Positions 42,178 to 50,255 of a stretch of DNA of 64,000 nt are shown here, piece after piece. The notes under the pieces were generated by a model. It was not told the DNA's origin. It saw nothing but the letters and a program-made list of their open reading frames with translations, and did no database searches. A program made the translations under genes and the position numbers. Source of the DNA: Candidatus Latescibacterota bacterium. GTDB lineage: Bacteria; Latescibacterota; UBA2968; UBA8231. Location of the stretch: NCBI GenBank assembly GCA_965197905.1, contig CBDAOB010000003.1, positions 992,001-1,056,000 on the forward strand, read 5' to 3'. Every line of letters starts with the position of its first letter. Within the stretch, counting starts at the first letter, position 1.

Positions 42178-43043
42178 ATCTTGCCAAATACATTTGATGT
42201 AGTGGTAGTCGGTGCCGGCATCGTAGGTACGTTTCATGCCTATTTCGCGGCGCAGCGCGGCCTCAAGACGCTACTGCTCGACCGGGACCCGGCGCCGCGG
42301 CAGGCGACGGTGCGCAACTTCGGCATGATCGTCACCGGGACGATTGCGGCGCCGGGAGAGTGGGATGGTTTCGCGCGGCGAACCAATGAGCTGTATCGGC
42401 AACTGGGCGACGAAAGTGAGAAAGACCTCACTATTCGACCCCGAGGTTCGCTTTACGTCGTCGAGACCGAGCTGGAGGACCGCGTAATCAGAGAGTTCGC
42501 CGATCTATCGTCTTCTCTGGGAAAACGCGCAGAGTACCTTTCCGCAGCAGACATGACCAAAAGCTATGCCTTCGTAGACCCCGAGTACGCTCGTGGCGGG
42601 TTGCTCTTTCCCGACGATATGGGCGTTGACCCCAGACGTTTCATTCACCTGATCCTTGAACAGCTTTCGCGCGACAAGGACGTTACCTTCAAACCCGATA
42701 CCTGCGTCGTCGGCATCGAAGCTGAGGCCGGCGGCTGTAAGGTGACCGATAGCTCGGGCAATCAGCTTTCGTGCGGTCGGGTTGTGGTGTGCAGTGGTAT
42801 CGAATACCGCATCTTATATCCGGATTTCTGTCGCGAGAGCGGCATGGAGATCTGCAAGATCGACATGCTGAGAACGGAAGCCCAGACCAACCTCGACCTG
42901 CGTCACAACATCCTCTCCGGGCTCTCGGTGCGTCGTTATCCCGGTTTCGAGGTCTGCCCATCTTACGAAAAATTGAAGGCGGCCCCGATCGGGCAGGAAT
43001 ACCAAGAGTGGGGTATTCATCTGCGCAATCAGTGTTTTAGGGC

Positions 43044-43072
43044 TTGACATTCAGTCCCTTGTTTGTTATCTT
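43044..43072 (+). promoter_or_regulatory. Sigma70-like promoter for the transposase, -35 in the left TIR
   Basis: TTGACA-N17-TATCTT with extended TGn. Confidence 0.65.
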
Positions 43073-43107
43073 AAGTATAAGAAAAACAACCAATAAGGGA
43101 GCGGAGA

Positions 43108-43989
43108 ATGAACTTGATAACCGTGACAGAGAGATTTCCGACGCAAGAATCCTGCATTGCTCATCTGGAGCAGGTCCGCTTCGGCAATGAGCCGTTTTGT
43201 CCCTTGTGCGGCACGGTCGGGGAGTGCGCCCGCAAGAAGGAAGGGAATAGAATCGGGCGCTGGAACTGTCACGCCTGCAAGGCCAGCTTCAATGTCTTGT
43301 CCAAGACGATGTTTCAGGGCACGCATCTTCCCTTGCAGAAGTGGTTCTGCGCCATCGCCCTGATCGTGAACGCCAAGAAAAGCCTGTCCAGTTGCCAGCT
43401 TGGCCGTGACTTGAACCTGAATCAGCGCGCCGCCTGGTACATGCAACAGCGCATTCGGGCTGAAATGGCTACCAAGCAGGGAAGAATCAGGCTAAGTGGA
43501 ATCATCGAAGCCGATGAGGTCTATTTGGGCGGGCGCCCCAGGAAGCGCAACAGGCGCGATGACGACAAGTCCAACCGCAGAGGACGAGGAACGCGCAAGA
43601 CCGCGGTTATCGGCGCTGTGGAGCGTTCAGGGAAGGTTGTGGCCGAAGTCGCCGACGATCTGTCCAGTAGGGGCGTGCTCGCCTTTATCAAGCGCGCCAT
43701 CGATCCTGACGCCTCGACGCTGGTTACGGACGAATACGGAGCTTACAACGCGGTGCGGCGGATCATGGATCATTGTGTGATTCAGCATTCCACGCACTAC
43801 GTCGATGGCGCGCTCCACACAAACACGATAGAAGGCGTCTGGTCCCTGCTCAAGCGCGCCTGGTACGGATCGCATCACCACTACACGAAGCAATACACGC
43901 CGCTTTACGTGGCCGAGGCTTGTTTCAAGTACAACCACCGCAAGAACGATAACACCTTCTATTCTTTTATCAAGGAGTGCTTTGCATAG
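43108..43989 (+). CDS. IS1595-family (ISXO2-like DDE) transposase
   Basis: Zn-ribbon CPLC..CHAC, IIEADEVY, LVTDEY and HTNTIEGVWSLLKR. Confidence 0.95.
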   Translation: MNLITVTERFPTQESCIAHLEQVRFGNEPFCPLCGTVGECARKKEGNRIGRWNCHACKASFNVLSKTMFQGTHLPLQKWFCAIALIVNAKKSLSSCQLGRDLNLNQRAAWYMQQRIRAEMATKQGRIRLSGIIEADEVYLGGRPRKRNRRDDDKSNRRGRGTRKTAVIGAVERSGKVVAEVADDLSSRGVLAFIKRAIDPDASTLVTDEYGAYNAVRRIMDHCVIQHSTHYVDGALHTNTIEGVWSLLKRAWYGSHHHYTKQYTPLYVAEACFKYNHRKNDNTFYSFIKECFA

Positions 43990-44001
43990 GGAATTACATA
44001 C

Positions 44002-44223
44002 ATGAATAGACAGGACGGCGGAAAACTGAAACCTGGCTGGAGGGAGGGGATCGAGCGTTTGATCGAGAGAGATCAGCTAACCGAAACCGATGGAACCCTT
44101 CCCGGGACGTTCGAGGATGCTGACTCTTTCTACGAGAGAATGGACCAGATCTTCAAGGCGCTTGAGTTGGGCTTCGAGCGCATCAATGCGCTCCGCAAAG
44201 CCGCCGGTCTCCCATCCCTCTAA
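44002..44223 (+). CDS. IS passenger, small hypothetical protein (73 aa)
   Basis: ATG 12 nt after the transposase stop. Helical composition. Overlaps an antisense ORF. Confidence 0.45.
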   Translation: MNRQDGGKLKPGWREGIERLIERDQLTETDGTLPGTFEDADSFYERMDQIFKALELGFERINALRKAAGLPSL

Positions 44224-44334
44224 CTCTTTCAATTTTTCAATCACGGCAAGTTTCTCGGTTACTGAAGTCACGGCTGAAGAAACCAGGTGCTTTAATTCAA
44301 ATATTATTTCCTCTTTGGTTTTATCGTTTGCCAT
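44077..44334 (-). CDS. IS passenger, coiled-coil protein ending in IGFG (85 aa)
   Basis: RBS aaggag. Heptad-like RIDALEAQLKRLEDLVHSLVERVSILE. Confidence 0.65.
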   Translation of the reverse strand: MANDKTKEEIIFELKHLVSSAVTSVTEKLAVIEKLKELEGWETGGFAERIDALEAQLKRLEDLVHSLVERVSILERPGKGSIGFG

Positions 44335-44359
44335 GATGCGCTCCTTTTAATGTGAAAGG

Positions 44360-44719
44360 CTATTCCGATGACTCAACCGCCACCCGATGAGCGCGAACCT
44401 CAGCAAGTATTTTCTGTTGAATCGGTTCCCCAAGAAAGTGTAGAACGGATTCTGCAAGGCGTACGAGATCTTGCTTCTCTAATTGAAAGAGAAGCGCATG
44501 AGGCTTTTCCCGAGTGTAGTGAACAAATATCAGGACACTTCCATTCGAGGCTTCTGTCCATAGAAGGTTATTACACTCGAAACAGTATACACCTGCTTCA
44601 CGAAGTGCTTCGATGGTGGAAAGGTCGGCATGATGGGAGTCCTCACTACAGGGATCCCTTACCAGGGGTTGGAGAAGTTCCTTAACGAGGTTTTCTATGC
44701 GCTGTGAGTCCTGGTCCAT
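44360..44719 (-). CDS. IS passenger, hypothetical protein (119 aa)
   Basis: RBS aggag upstream. Co-directional and closely spaced with its neighbours. Confidence 0.6.
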   Translation of the reverse strand: MDQDSQRIENLVKELLQPLVRDPCSEDSHHADLSTIEALREAGVYCFECNNLLWTEASNGSVLIFVHYTREKPHALLFQLEKQDLVRLAESVLHFLGEPIQQKILAEVRAHRVAVESSE

Positions 44720-44797
44720 TTGCCGCTCCTATCGGTTCACCGGTTGCTATATCCAAAACACTCCCGGAAGTGATCGTAAAGAGTCGCTTCATTTAGT

Positions 44798-45013
44798 TCA
44801 TTTTAATGGTCCAAGAATCCGAGAGCCCCGGTTTTTACCACGCAATCGCCAAACGTCCCCGGTTTTGGTGTCCAGCACGCAGGTGTCTTTCAAAATACCC
44901 CGAAACCGGCCAATTTCCCCTTTTTCTAGCTGGTTCACCACCAGAAAGACAGAAACCACCAAAGCCGCGGCCACAATTAAGGCCTGCACAATCTGGATTA
45001 TTGGGTCTTTCAT
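44798..45013 (-). CDS. IS passenger, small membrane protein (71 aa)
   Basis: MKDPIIQIVQALIVAAALVVSVFLVV TM helix followed by LDTKTGDVW. Lies just downstream of the right-TIR promoter. Confidence 0.6.
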   Translation of the reverse strand: MKDPIIQIVQALIVAAALVVSVFLVVNQLEKGEIGRFRGILKDTCVLDTKTGDVWRLRGKNRGSRILGPLK

Positions 45014-45029
45014 AATTAGCTTTCGGCGG

Positions 45030-45058
45030 AGGATAGCGATGTTCAGGCGGGAAGTCAA
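45030..45058 (-). promoter_or_regulatory. Sigma70-like promoter for the passenger genes, -35 in the right TIR
   Basis: Minus strand TTGACT-N17-TATCCT, 16 nt upstream of ATG 45013. Confidence 0.6.
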
Positions 45059-45499
45059 GCCCTAAAACACTGATTGCGTTCATCTGTTGTTCAAACAGGC
45101 GGACGACAGCACCCTAATCATTGGTGACTCTCATCAGTATTTTCCACTCAGTGAACCAACTGGATTCGACAATCATGCCGAGGTGCGGGACGCGATCCTT
45201 GCGTACGGAAAGCGCATCGTACATCTGGACAACTGGTCCATCGGCAAGTCCTGGGCGGGTTACGTCATGAGCCACCCCCACGAAGATGCAGTGGTTGGCC
45301 AGGTAGCTCCTTCCGTTCATGTGGCCCTGGGGATTGCAGGGAAGGGAATGAGCACCGCGCCCGGATTCGCGCAGGCGAACATCGCGCGGATTCTGGATAT
45401 CACATAACGACGACGTGGCTTGCGCCTCCCACGTTGCACATGAATTTTGATCACAGGCAAAAAGAACCGTCACCAACCAATCACAAAGGGGGAAGCAAC

Positions 45500-46474
45500 A
45501 TGAGGTTGAAGTACCTGTGGTACATAGCGCTGGGCATGCTGGGAATAGGATCCATCGATAACGCCACGGCCGCCGAAAGAAAAATCAAAGGCTACATGTT
45601 CGGGGATTACTACTACGCGGTCAGCGGTCCCGACGAAAAGCGAAATGCCTTTCAGCTCCGTCGTATCTACCTGACCCATGATATCAAGTGGGACGATTCG
45701 TTTTCGGGGCGCGTGCGCTTCGAGGCCAAGGATGCCGGTTTCGGCAGCGGTGGGACCATGGACCCATTCGTAAAGGACGCCTACCTGCGCTACCAGTGGA
45801 ATGGCCGTTCTATCTATGCCGGCCAGTCGCAATCACCCACATGGTCTGTCTCGGAACAGGTCTGGGGATACCGCGCGGTTGAGAAGATGGCTATGGATCT
45901 GAATAAGATCGGATCCTCAAGAGATAACGGCATCGCCTTCAAGACCGGCTTGGGCGGCAGCGACAAACTCAACCTCCATCTCATGGTCGGCAACGGCAAC
46001 AGCACCAAGAGTGAAAAGGACAACGACAAGAAATTCTACGGCTTGTTGCACTTGAAGCCGGCCGGCGACACGGTGGCGACCGCCTACGTCGACTGGCAGA
46101 GTCAACCGAAGGATCAGGACCAGACGACCTTCGCCGTCATGGTCGGCACCAAAAGTGAGGATCTGCGCGGCGCCGTCGAGGTTTTTACCCAGACGAGGAA
46201 GAATGCCGCTGCCGGCAAGGATGTGACCAGCCAGGGGGTATCCGGGTTCGGTGCAAAGAGGCTGCGGGAAAGAACCAAAGCGTTTGCACGCGTCGACCTC
46301 TTCGACCCGAATAATGACGTCGATGACGACGGCAACCTTCTGCTGATGGGTGGTTTGGACTGGATGCCCACGAAAGGAATCCACATCATGCCGAACGCCC
46401 AGGTCGTTATTGACAACGCACCCGGCGTCGACACCGAGGTGGTGCCGCGCGTAACCGGAGTGGTCAAATTCTAG
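45500..46474 (+). CDS. Outer-membrane porin-like beta-barrel
   Basis: Signal peptide (..ATA), FQLRRIYL, FVKDAYL, amphipathic strands and C-terminal Phe. Confidence 0.75.
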   Translation: MRLKYLWYIALGMLGIGSIDNATAAERKIKGYMFGDYYYAVSGPDEKRNAFQLRRIYLTHDIKWDDSFSGRVRFEAKDAGFGSGGTMDPFVKDAYLRYQWNGRSIYAGQSQSPTWSVSEQVWGYRAVEKMAMDLNKIGSSRDNGIAFKTGLGGSDKLNLHLMVGNGNSTKSEKDNDKKFYGLLHLKPAGDTVATAYVDWQSQPKDQDQTTFAVMVGTKSEDLRGAVEVFTQTRKNAAAGKDVTSQGVSGFGAKRLRERTKAFARVDLFDPNNDVDDDGNLLLMGGLDWMPTKGIHIMPNAQVVIDNAPGVDTEVVPRVTGVVKF

Positions 46475-46565
46475 CGGTGTATCGGAACCTTCATCTGAAT
46501 GTCAATTGGCTGTAACACGAAGGCCGCACGCGCGAGGGATTTCGTCTCCATGCCGGCTGCGGGTC

Positions 46566-47459
46566 TCATACACTCTCCAAGAACGACAGGACCTCGACCA
46601 GCGCCTCATCGGGCATCTCTTCCGGAATGAAATGACCGCAGGGAAGAGACCGGCCGCGCACGTCGGTTGCGCGGTCGCGCCAGGCGGAAAGCATGTCGAG
46701 CCCTCCACCGGTCTGCCATCCCGGCCGCTTGGGCATGTGGCCGGCCCAGAGAACTAGCACCGGGCATGCAAGCTTGTTTCCGCGGTCCGCATCGTCGTGT
46801 TTTAGGTCAAGCTCAACCGCGCGATAATCGGCGCAGGTTCCGCGAATCATCTCGGGATTGCTGAAGCAGCGCCAGTACTCGGCGTAGGCTTCCTCGGTTA
46901 TCGCGCCCTCGACGGCGGTCCAATGTTCAAAGATGAAATCCAGGTAGACTTGCGCGCTGTTGCCGATCATGGTTTCCGGGAAGGGCGCTGGTTGCCGCAT
47001 CAGATGCCAGTGAAACCAGGAAAACGCGAGCGGGGTGTCCATGTTCTCGAACGCCGCCTGTGATGGCATGACGTCGAAATTCGTCAGCGATAGAACCCGC
47101 TCGGGATGATCGAGGGCGAGGCGCTGCCCGACCCGCACGCCGCGGTCGTGACCCAACAGGTGAAACTTCTCGAATCCCAACGACGTCATGACCGCGGCCT
47201 GGTCCTGGGCGGTCGTCCGTTTGCAATAAACGCTGTGATCACCCTCCGGAGCGACCGGTTTCTCGCTGTCGCCGTAACCGCGGAGATCGGGCACAACCAC
47301 CGAATACTCTTTGGCCAACTCCGGCGCCATCTTGTGCCACATGACGTGGGTTTGGGGATAGCCGTGCAACAGTAGCACCGGAGGTCCGCTGCCGCCATGC
47401 CTCAAATTTATAGAGACCCCGTTGGCAGTAATCTGTGTCAGCGAGAATCCTTCAAACAT
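46566..47459 (-). CDS. Haloacetate/fluoroacetate dehalogenase-like alpha/beta hydrolase
   Basis: LLHGYPQTH, PDLRGYG, GHDRGVR, FHW, CADYRA and GHFIPEE. Confidence 0.85.
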   Translation of the reverse strand: MFEGFSLTQITANGVSINLRHGGSGPPVLLLHGYPQTHVMWHKMAPELAKEYSVVVPDLRGYGDSEKPVAPEGDHSVYCKRTTAQDQAAVMTSLGFEKFHLLGHDRGVRVGQRLALDHPERVLSLTNFDVMPSQAAFENMDTPLAFSWFHWHLMRQPAPFPETMIGNSAQVYLDFIFEHWTAVEGAITEEAYAEYWRCFSNPEMIRGTCADYRAVELDLKHDDADRGNKLACPVLVLWAGHMPKRPGWQTGGGLDMLSAWRDRATDVRGRSLPCGHFIPEEMPDEALVEVLSFLESV

Positions 47460-47476
47460 GGCCTTCACTACGGCTG

Positions 47477-49090
47477 CTAGTAACGCACCTGCAGTTGAAC
47501 GCTGCCCAGGGACAGGGGTTTCGTTACTGCCGGGTCGCGTCGGTGTAACGCCAACGCTACTTCGTTCCTGCCCTGCTTCACCTGCGATGGCTCCAACATG
47601 GACTGAAGCCATCCGCCACCGCTCGACTCATCCGGCGGCCCTTCCAAAGTCGGTCCGGTCAACTCGGAGCCGTTCAGTTTAACCTGCAGTTCATCAGCCT
47701 GACCCTGTTCCCACAAGTAGATGCGCAACAGGAGCTCGGAGATCGATCCGCTGTTCGGGTTCTCACCCATCTGGAAATGAGCCTCCACCGCCTCTCCCGG
47801 CTGGAGCATCGGTTCCGCCTGGTCGCCTATGCCGCTGATACTGGACTCACCCCCGAACCGGTCGACCCCGAACACCTTGTCCTTGCCGGCCATGGTGACC
47901 GGATCGCCGATCTCATCCCAAATCTCCGGCCCGGAAAAGAAACCGTTGAAGGTGTAGATCCCGTCCGCTCCTGCATCGAAGAGATTGGTGGCCGCCCCGC
48001 GCCAGGCCCCCATGGTCCCGGGCCAGGAATTGATGCCGTCGCCGAAGTAGGTCTTTTCAGCCCGCAGTGCCTCGATCCACTCGTCGAAGGTTCGCAGCCG
48101 CCCTGCCGCCAGATCGAGGAAGGACCAGTCCTTGCTGAACCCCCACCCGATACAGGGGTAGACCGGCAGGCCGTGGTCATGCCCGAGGGCGATTATATCG
48201 GCAAAGGTCTCGGTCATGTGTGATTCCGCCCCCCCGCCGGGAACCAGCAGATCCAGTAGCTCCTCCTGCAGCCAGCCCTCCAGATCAAGCCCGACAAAGC
48301 GGGCATCGTCCACCGAGAAGGGGGTGCGTGCGGCAAGCAGCAGGGGCCGTCCGCGCTGTGCGCCCACGTCGTCGGCGATGGTGCGGACGCGGCGCACCAG
48401 GTTGGTCATCATATCCAGCTGCTCTTCCGTTACCGGTTGCATCTCGCGGGTCGGCAGGAAATAGGGATAGGTGCGGAGGAAATCCATCTCCAGGCCATCC
48501 ACGTCGTAATTCCGTGCGACCTCTTCGATGTGGGAAACGACGTGATCGCGAACCTGGGGAAAGCTGAAATCCATGCCCGACCAGACCTTCCTGGACTCAT
48601 CCTCCCCGTACCAATCCTCCAGCTTACCGAACAGAAACTCCGGGTGATCCAGCTTGAACGGCGCTAAACCGTAGTCGCTCCACCGGCGGTCTCCGGGCGG
48701 GTGGGCGTCGTGGACGTCGTTCATGCGCAGCGACCAGAACGCTTCCATCCCGTGACCGTGGACGAAGTCCGTCTGTATGTCGAGGTTGTCGCGGCCGTAC
48801 TTCTGGACCAGATCGAGGGGCAGGCCGTCGTTGCGGAATCCCCCCAGCTTGGTGTGGTGGGAGAAGATCTGGCCGCACATGCAGGTCGCGTACCAGTTGC
48901 TGTCGACCTGGGTGCCGACCAGGGGAGCGGTTCGGGTATCGAGAAAATCGGCCATCAGGTCGCCGGAATCCGCTTCCATCAGACCTTCGGTCACCTCTCC
49001 CTTGGCGGTCACGCGCACGACATCATTGCCGTCGTTGTTGTAGATGATGCGGCGCTTGCGCCAGCGGGCTTTTTCTCTCGCTGCGTCCAC
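47477..49090 (-). CDS. Glycosyl hydrolase-like (GHL10-type TIM barrel) protein
   Basis: RRIIYNNDG, SLRMNDVHD, EEVARNYDVDGLEMDFLR, GADGIYTFN and a C-terminal beta-sandwich. Confidence 0.7.
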   Translation of the reverse strand: MDAAREKARWRKRRIIYNNDGNDVVRVTAKGEVTEGLMEADSGDLMADFLDTRTAPLVGTQVDSNWYATCMCGQIFSHHTKLGGFRNDGLPLDLVQKYGRDNLDIQTDFVHGHGMEAFWSLRMNDVHDAHPPGDRRWSDYGLAPFKLDHPEFLFGKLEDWYGEDESRKVWSGMDFSFPQVRDHVVSHIEEVARNYDVDGLEMDFLRTYPYFLPTREMQPVTEEQLDMMTNLVRRVRTIADDVGAQRGRPLLLAARTPFSVDDARFVGLDLEGWLQEELLDLLVPGGGAESHMTETFADIIALGHDHGLPVYPCIGWGFSKDWSFLDLAAGRLRTFDEWIEALRAEKTYFGDGINSWPGTMGAWRGAATNLFDAGADGIYTFNGFFSGPEIWDEIGDPVTMAGKDKVFGVDRFGGESSISGIGDQAEPMLQPGEAVEAHFQMGENPNSGSISELLLRIYLWEQGQADELQVKLNGSELTGPTLEGPPDESSGGGWLQSMLEPSQVKQGRNEVALALHRRDPAVTKPLSLGSVQLQVRY

Positions 49091-49113
49091 CTGACCGCCC
49101 CTTTTTCTATTTC

Positions 49114-50004
49114 CTACATCTCGTGGATCTTGCGCGGAATGTGCGGTTTCGGTTCCTCGCCGACCCTCACCACGGTTTTCCCGTCGTCTTCGATGAGCGG
49201 TCTGTTGTTTATATAGGGTGGCTCGAGGGCGGCTTGCTGGGCTTCAGTCAGCTCCTTGGTCCATTCCGGCATTTTGTGCTCGCCGTAGTTGTGGGATCCC
49301 CATTGCATATGTCGGGGGCAGTAACGATAGAGCAGGGAACGACGCTCGTGGTCGGCGGTCCACGGCAGGGCGCCGTGGATGGTTGCCTCCATGAAGATCA
49401 CCAGGTCACCGGCTTTGCAGGCGACGTTGTAGACACACTCGCGATCTTCATTGTAGAGCATGATGTCTTCGGGGCATTTGAAGTTCGCCTTGTGGCTGCC
49501 CGGAATAACCGTAATACCGCCGTCGCCCGGATTGATGTCGGCGAGCTGGTACTGAAACACGGTCAACCCGGAACGAAACTGGCCGTTGGCAAAATTGAAG
49601 TTCTGGGCCCCGTCGACGACTCGGGCGGTGTTGCCATGGAGCCCGTGTCCGCCCTTGCCCTTGTGCGCCCGGATGCAGCCGGGCGTGTGGTCCAGCTTCC
49701 ATCCTCGTCCGAAGATGGAGTTCAGGTAGGGGATCGCCTTCGGATGCGCGAGCAGATCCCTGAACGGCTGGCAATACGGCTGCGGCCATTCGAGGACTCC
49801 GCCGGCGCCGAACTCGGAGTCCTTGCCGGCCATGCCACCGCCGTACGGGTTCGGGCCGGTCCACTTGTCTTCGCTCCAGGGTTCGGCGTTAACGTCGATG
49901 GCTTCGTTCATCGCCTTCACTTCTTGGGGCGACAGGATCTGCTTGACGACGAGAAAACCTTGAAGGTCGAAGAGGAATTTTTCGCGATCGCTCATTTGAA
50001 GCAT
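49114..50004 (-). CDS. PhyH-family dioxygenase (LHGN type)
   Basis: FDLQGFL, LDH, GLHGN, DGGITVIPGSHKAN, EATIHG and RRSLLYRY. Confidence 0.9.
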   Translation of the reverse strand: MLQMSDREKFLFDLQGFLVVKQILSPQEVKAMNEAIDVNAEPWSEDKWTGPNPYGGGMAGKDSEFGAGGVLEWPQPYCQPFRDLLAHPKAIPYLNSIFGRGWKLDHTPGCIRAHKGKGGHGLHGNTARVVDGAQNFNFANGQFRSGLTVFQYQLADINPGDGGITVIPGSHKANFKCPEDIMLYNEDRECVYNVACKAGDLVIFMEATIHGALPWTADHERRSLLYRYCPRHMQWGSHNYGEHKMPEWTKELTEAQQAALEPPYINNRPLIEDDGKTVVRVGEEPKPHIPRKIHEM

Positions 50005-50255
50005 ATGAAATACTCCTTTTGTAAATAAGTCAGTTGCCTGGGATTGACTGTGGGATTGTCGCGCTGTGATCCCTCAATTGTCCCTCAATGGGCTGCAATC
50101 CGACGAAATCCGCTCGAAAACATAAGCAATCCGGCACGCCGGAACAGCCGGATCAACTGCAGCGATCGGATTCCCCGTCAAGAGGGATAGCTGTCGCAAG
50201 TTGGATCGGAATCGAACTATAGAGCATCTTCAGGCCAGCCCAAAATCGACTTCGC

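Larger units (their letters stand above)
43024..45078 (+). mobile_element. IS1595-family element (2055 bp) with passenger genes
   Basis: Perfect 25-bp TIR CGCAATCAGTGTTTTAGGGCTTGAC at 43024-43048 and 45054-45078. 8-bp TSD TTCATCTG at 43016-43023 and 45079-45086. Confidence 0.97.
42181..45407 (+). pseudogene. TIGR03364-like FAD-dependent oxidoreductase split by IS1595 (42181-43023 plus 45087-45407)
   Basis: GAGIVG and ATVRNFGM. Removing the IS and one TSD gives WGIHL-LFKQADDSTLIIGDSH..GKGMS in frame. Confidence 0.9.

Noticed and set aside
44368..44685. + strand 105-aa ORF inside the IS cargo
   Set aside because: It is fully antisense to the 119-aa ORF, which has the better RBS and operon context.
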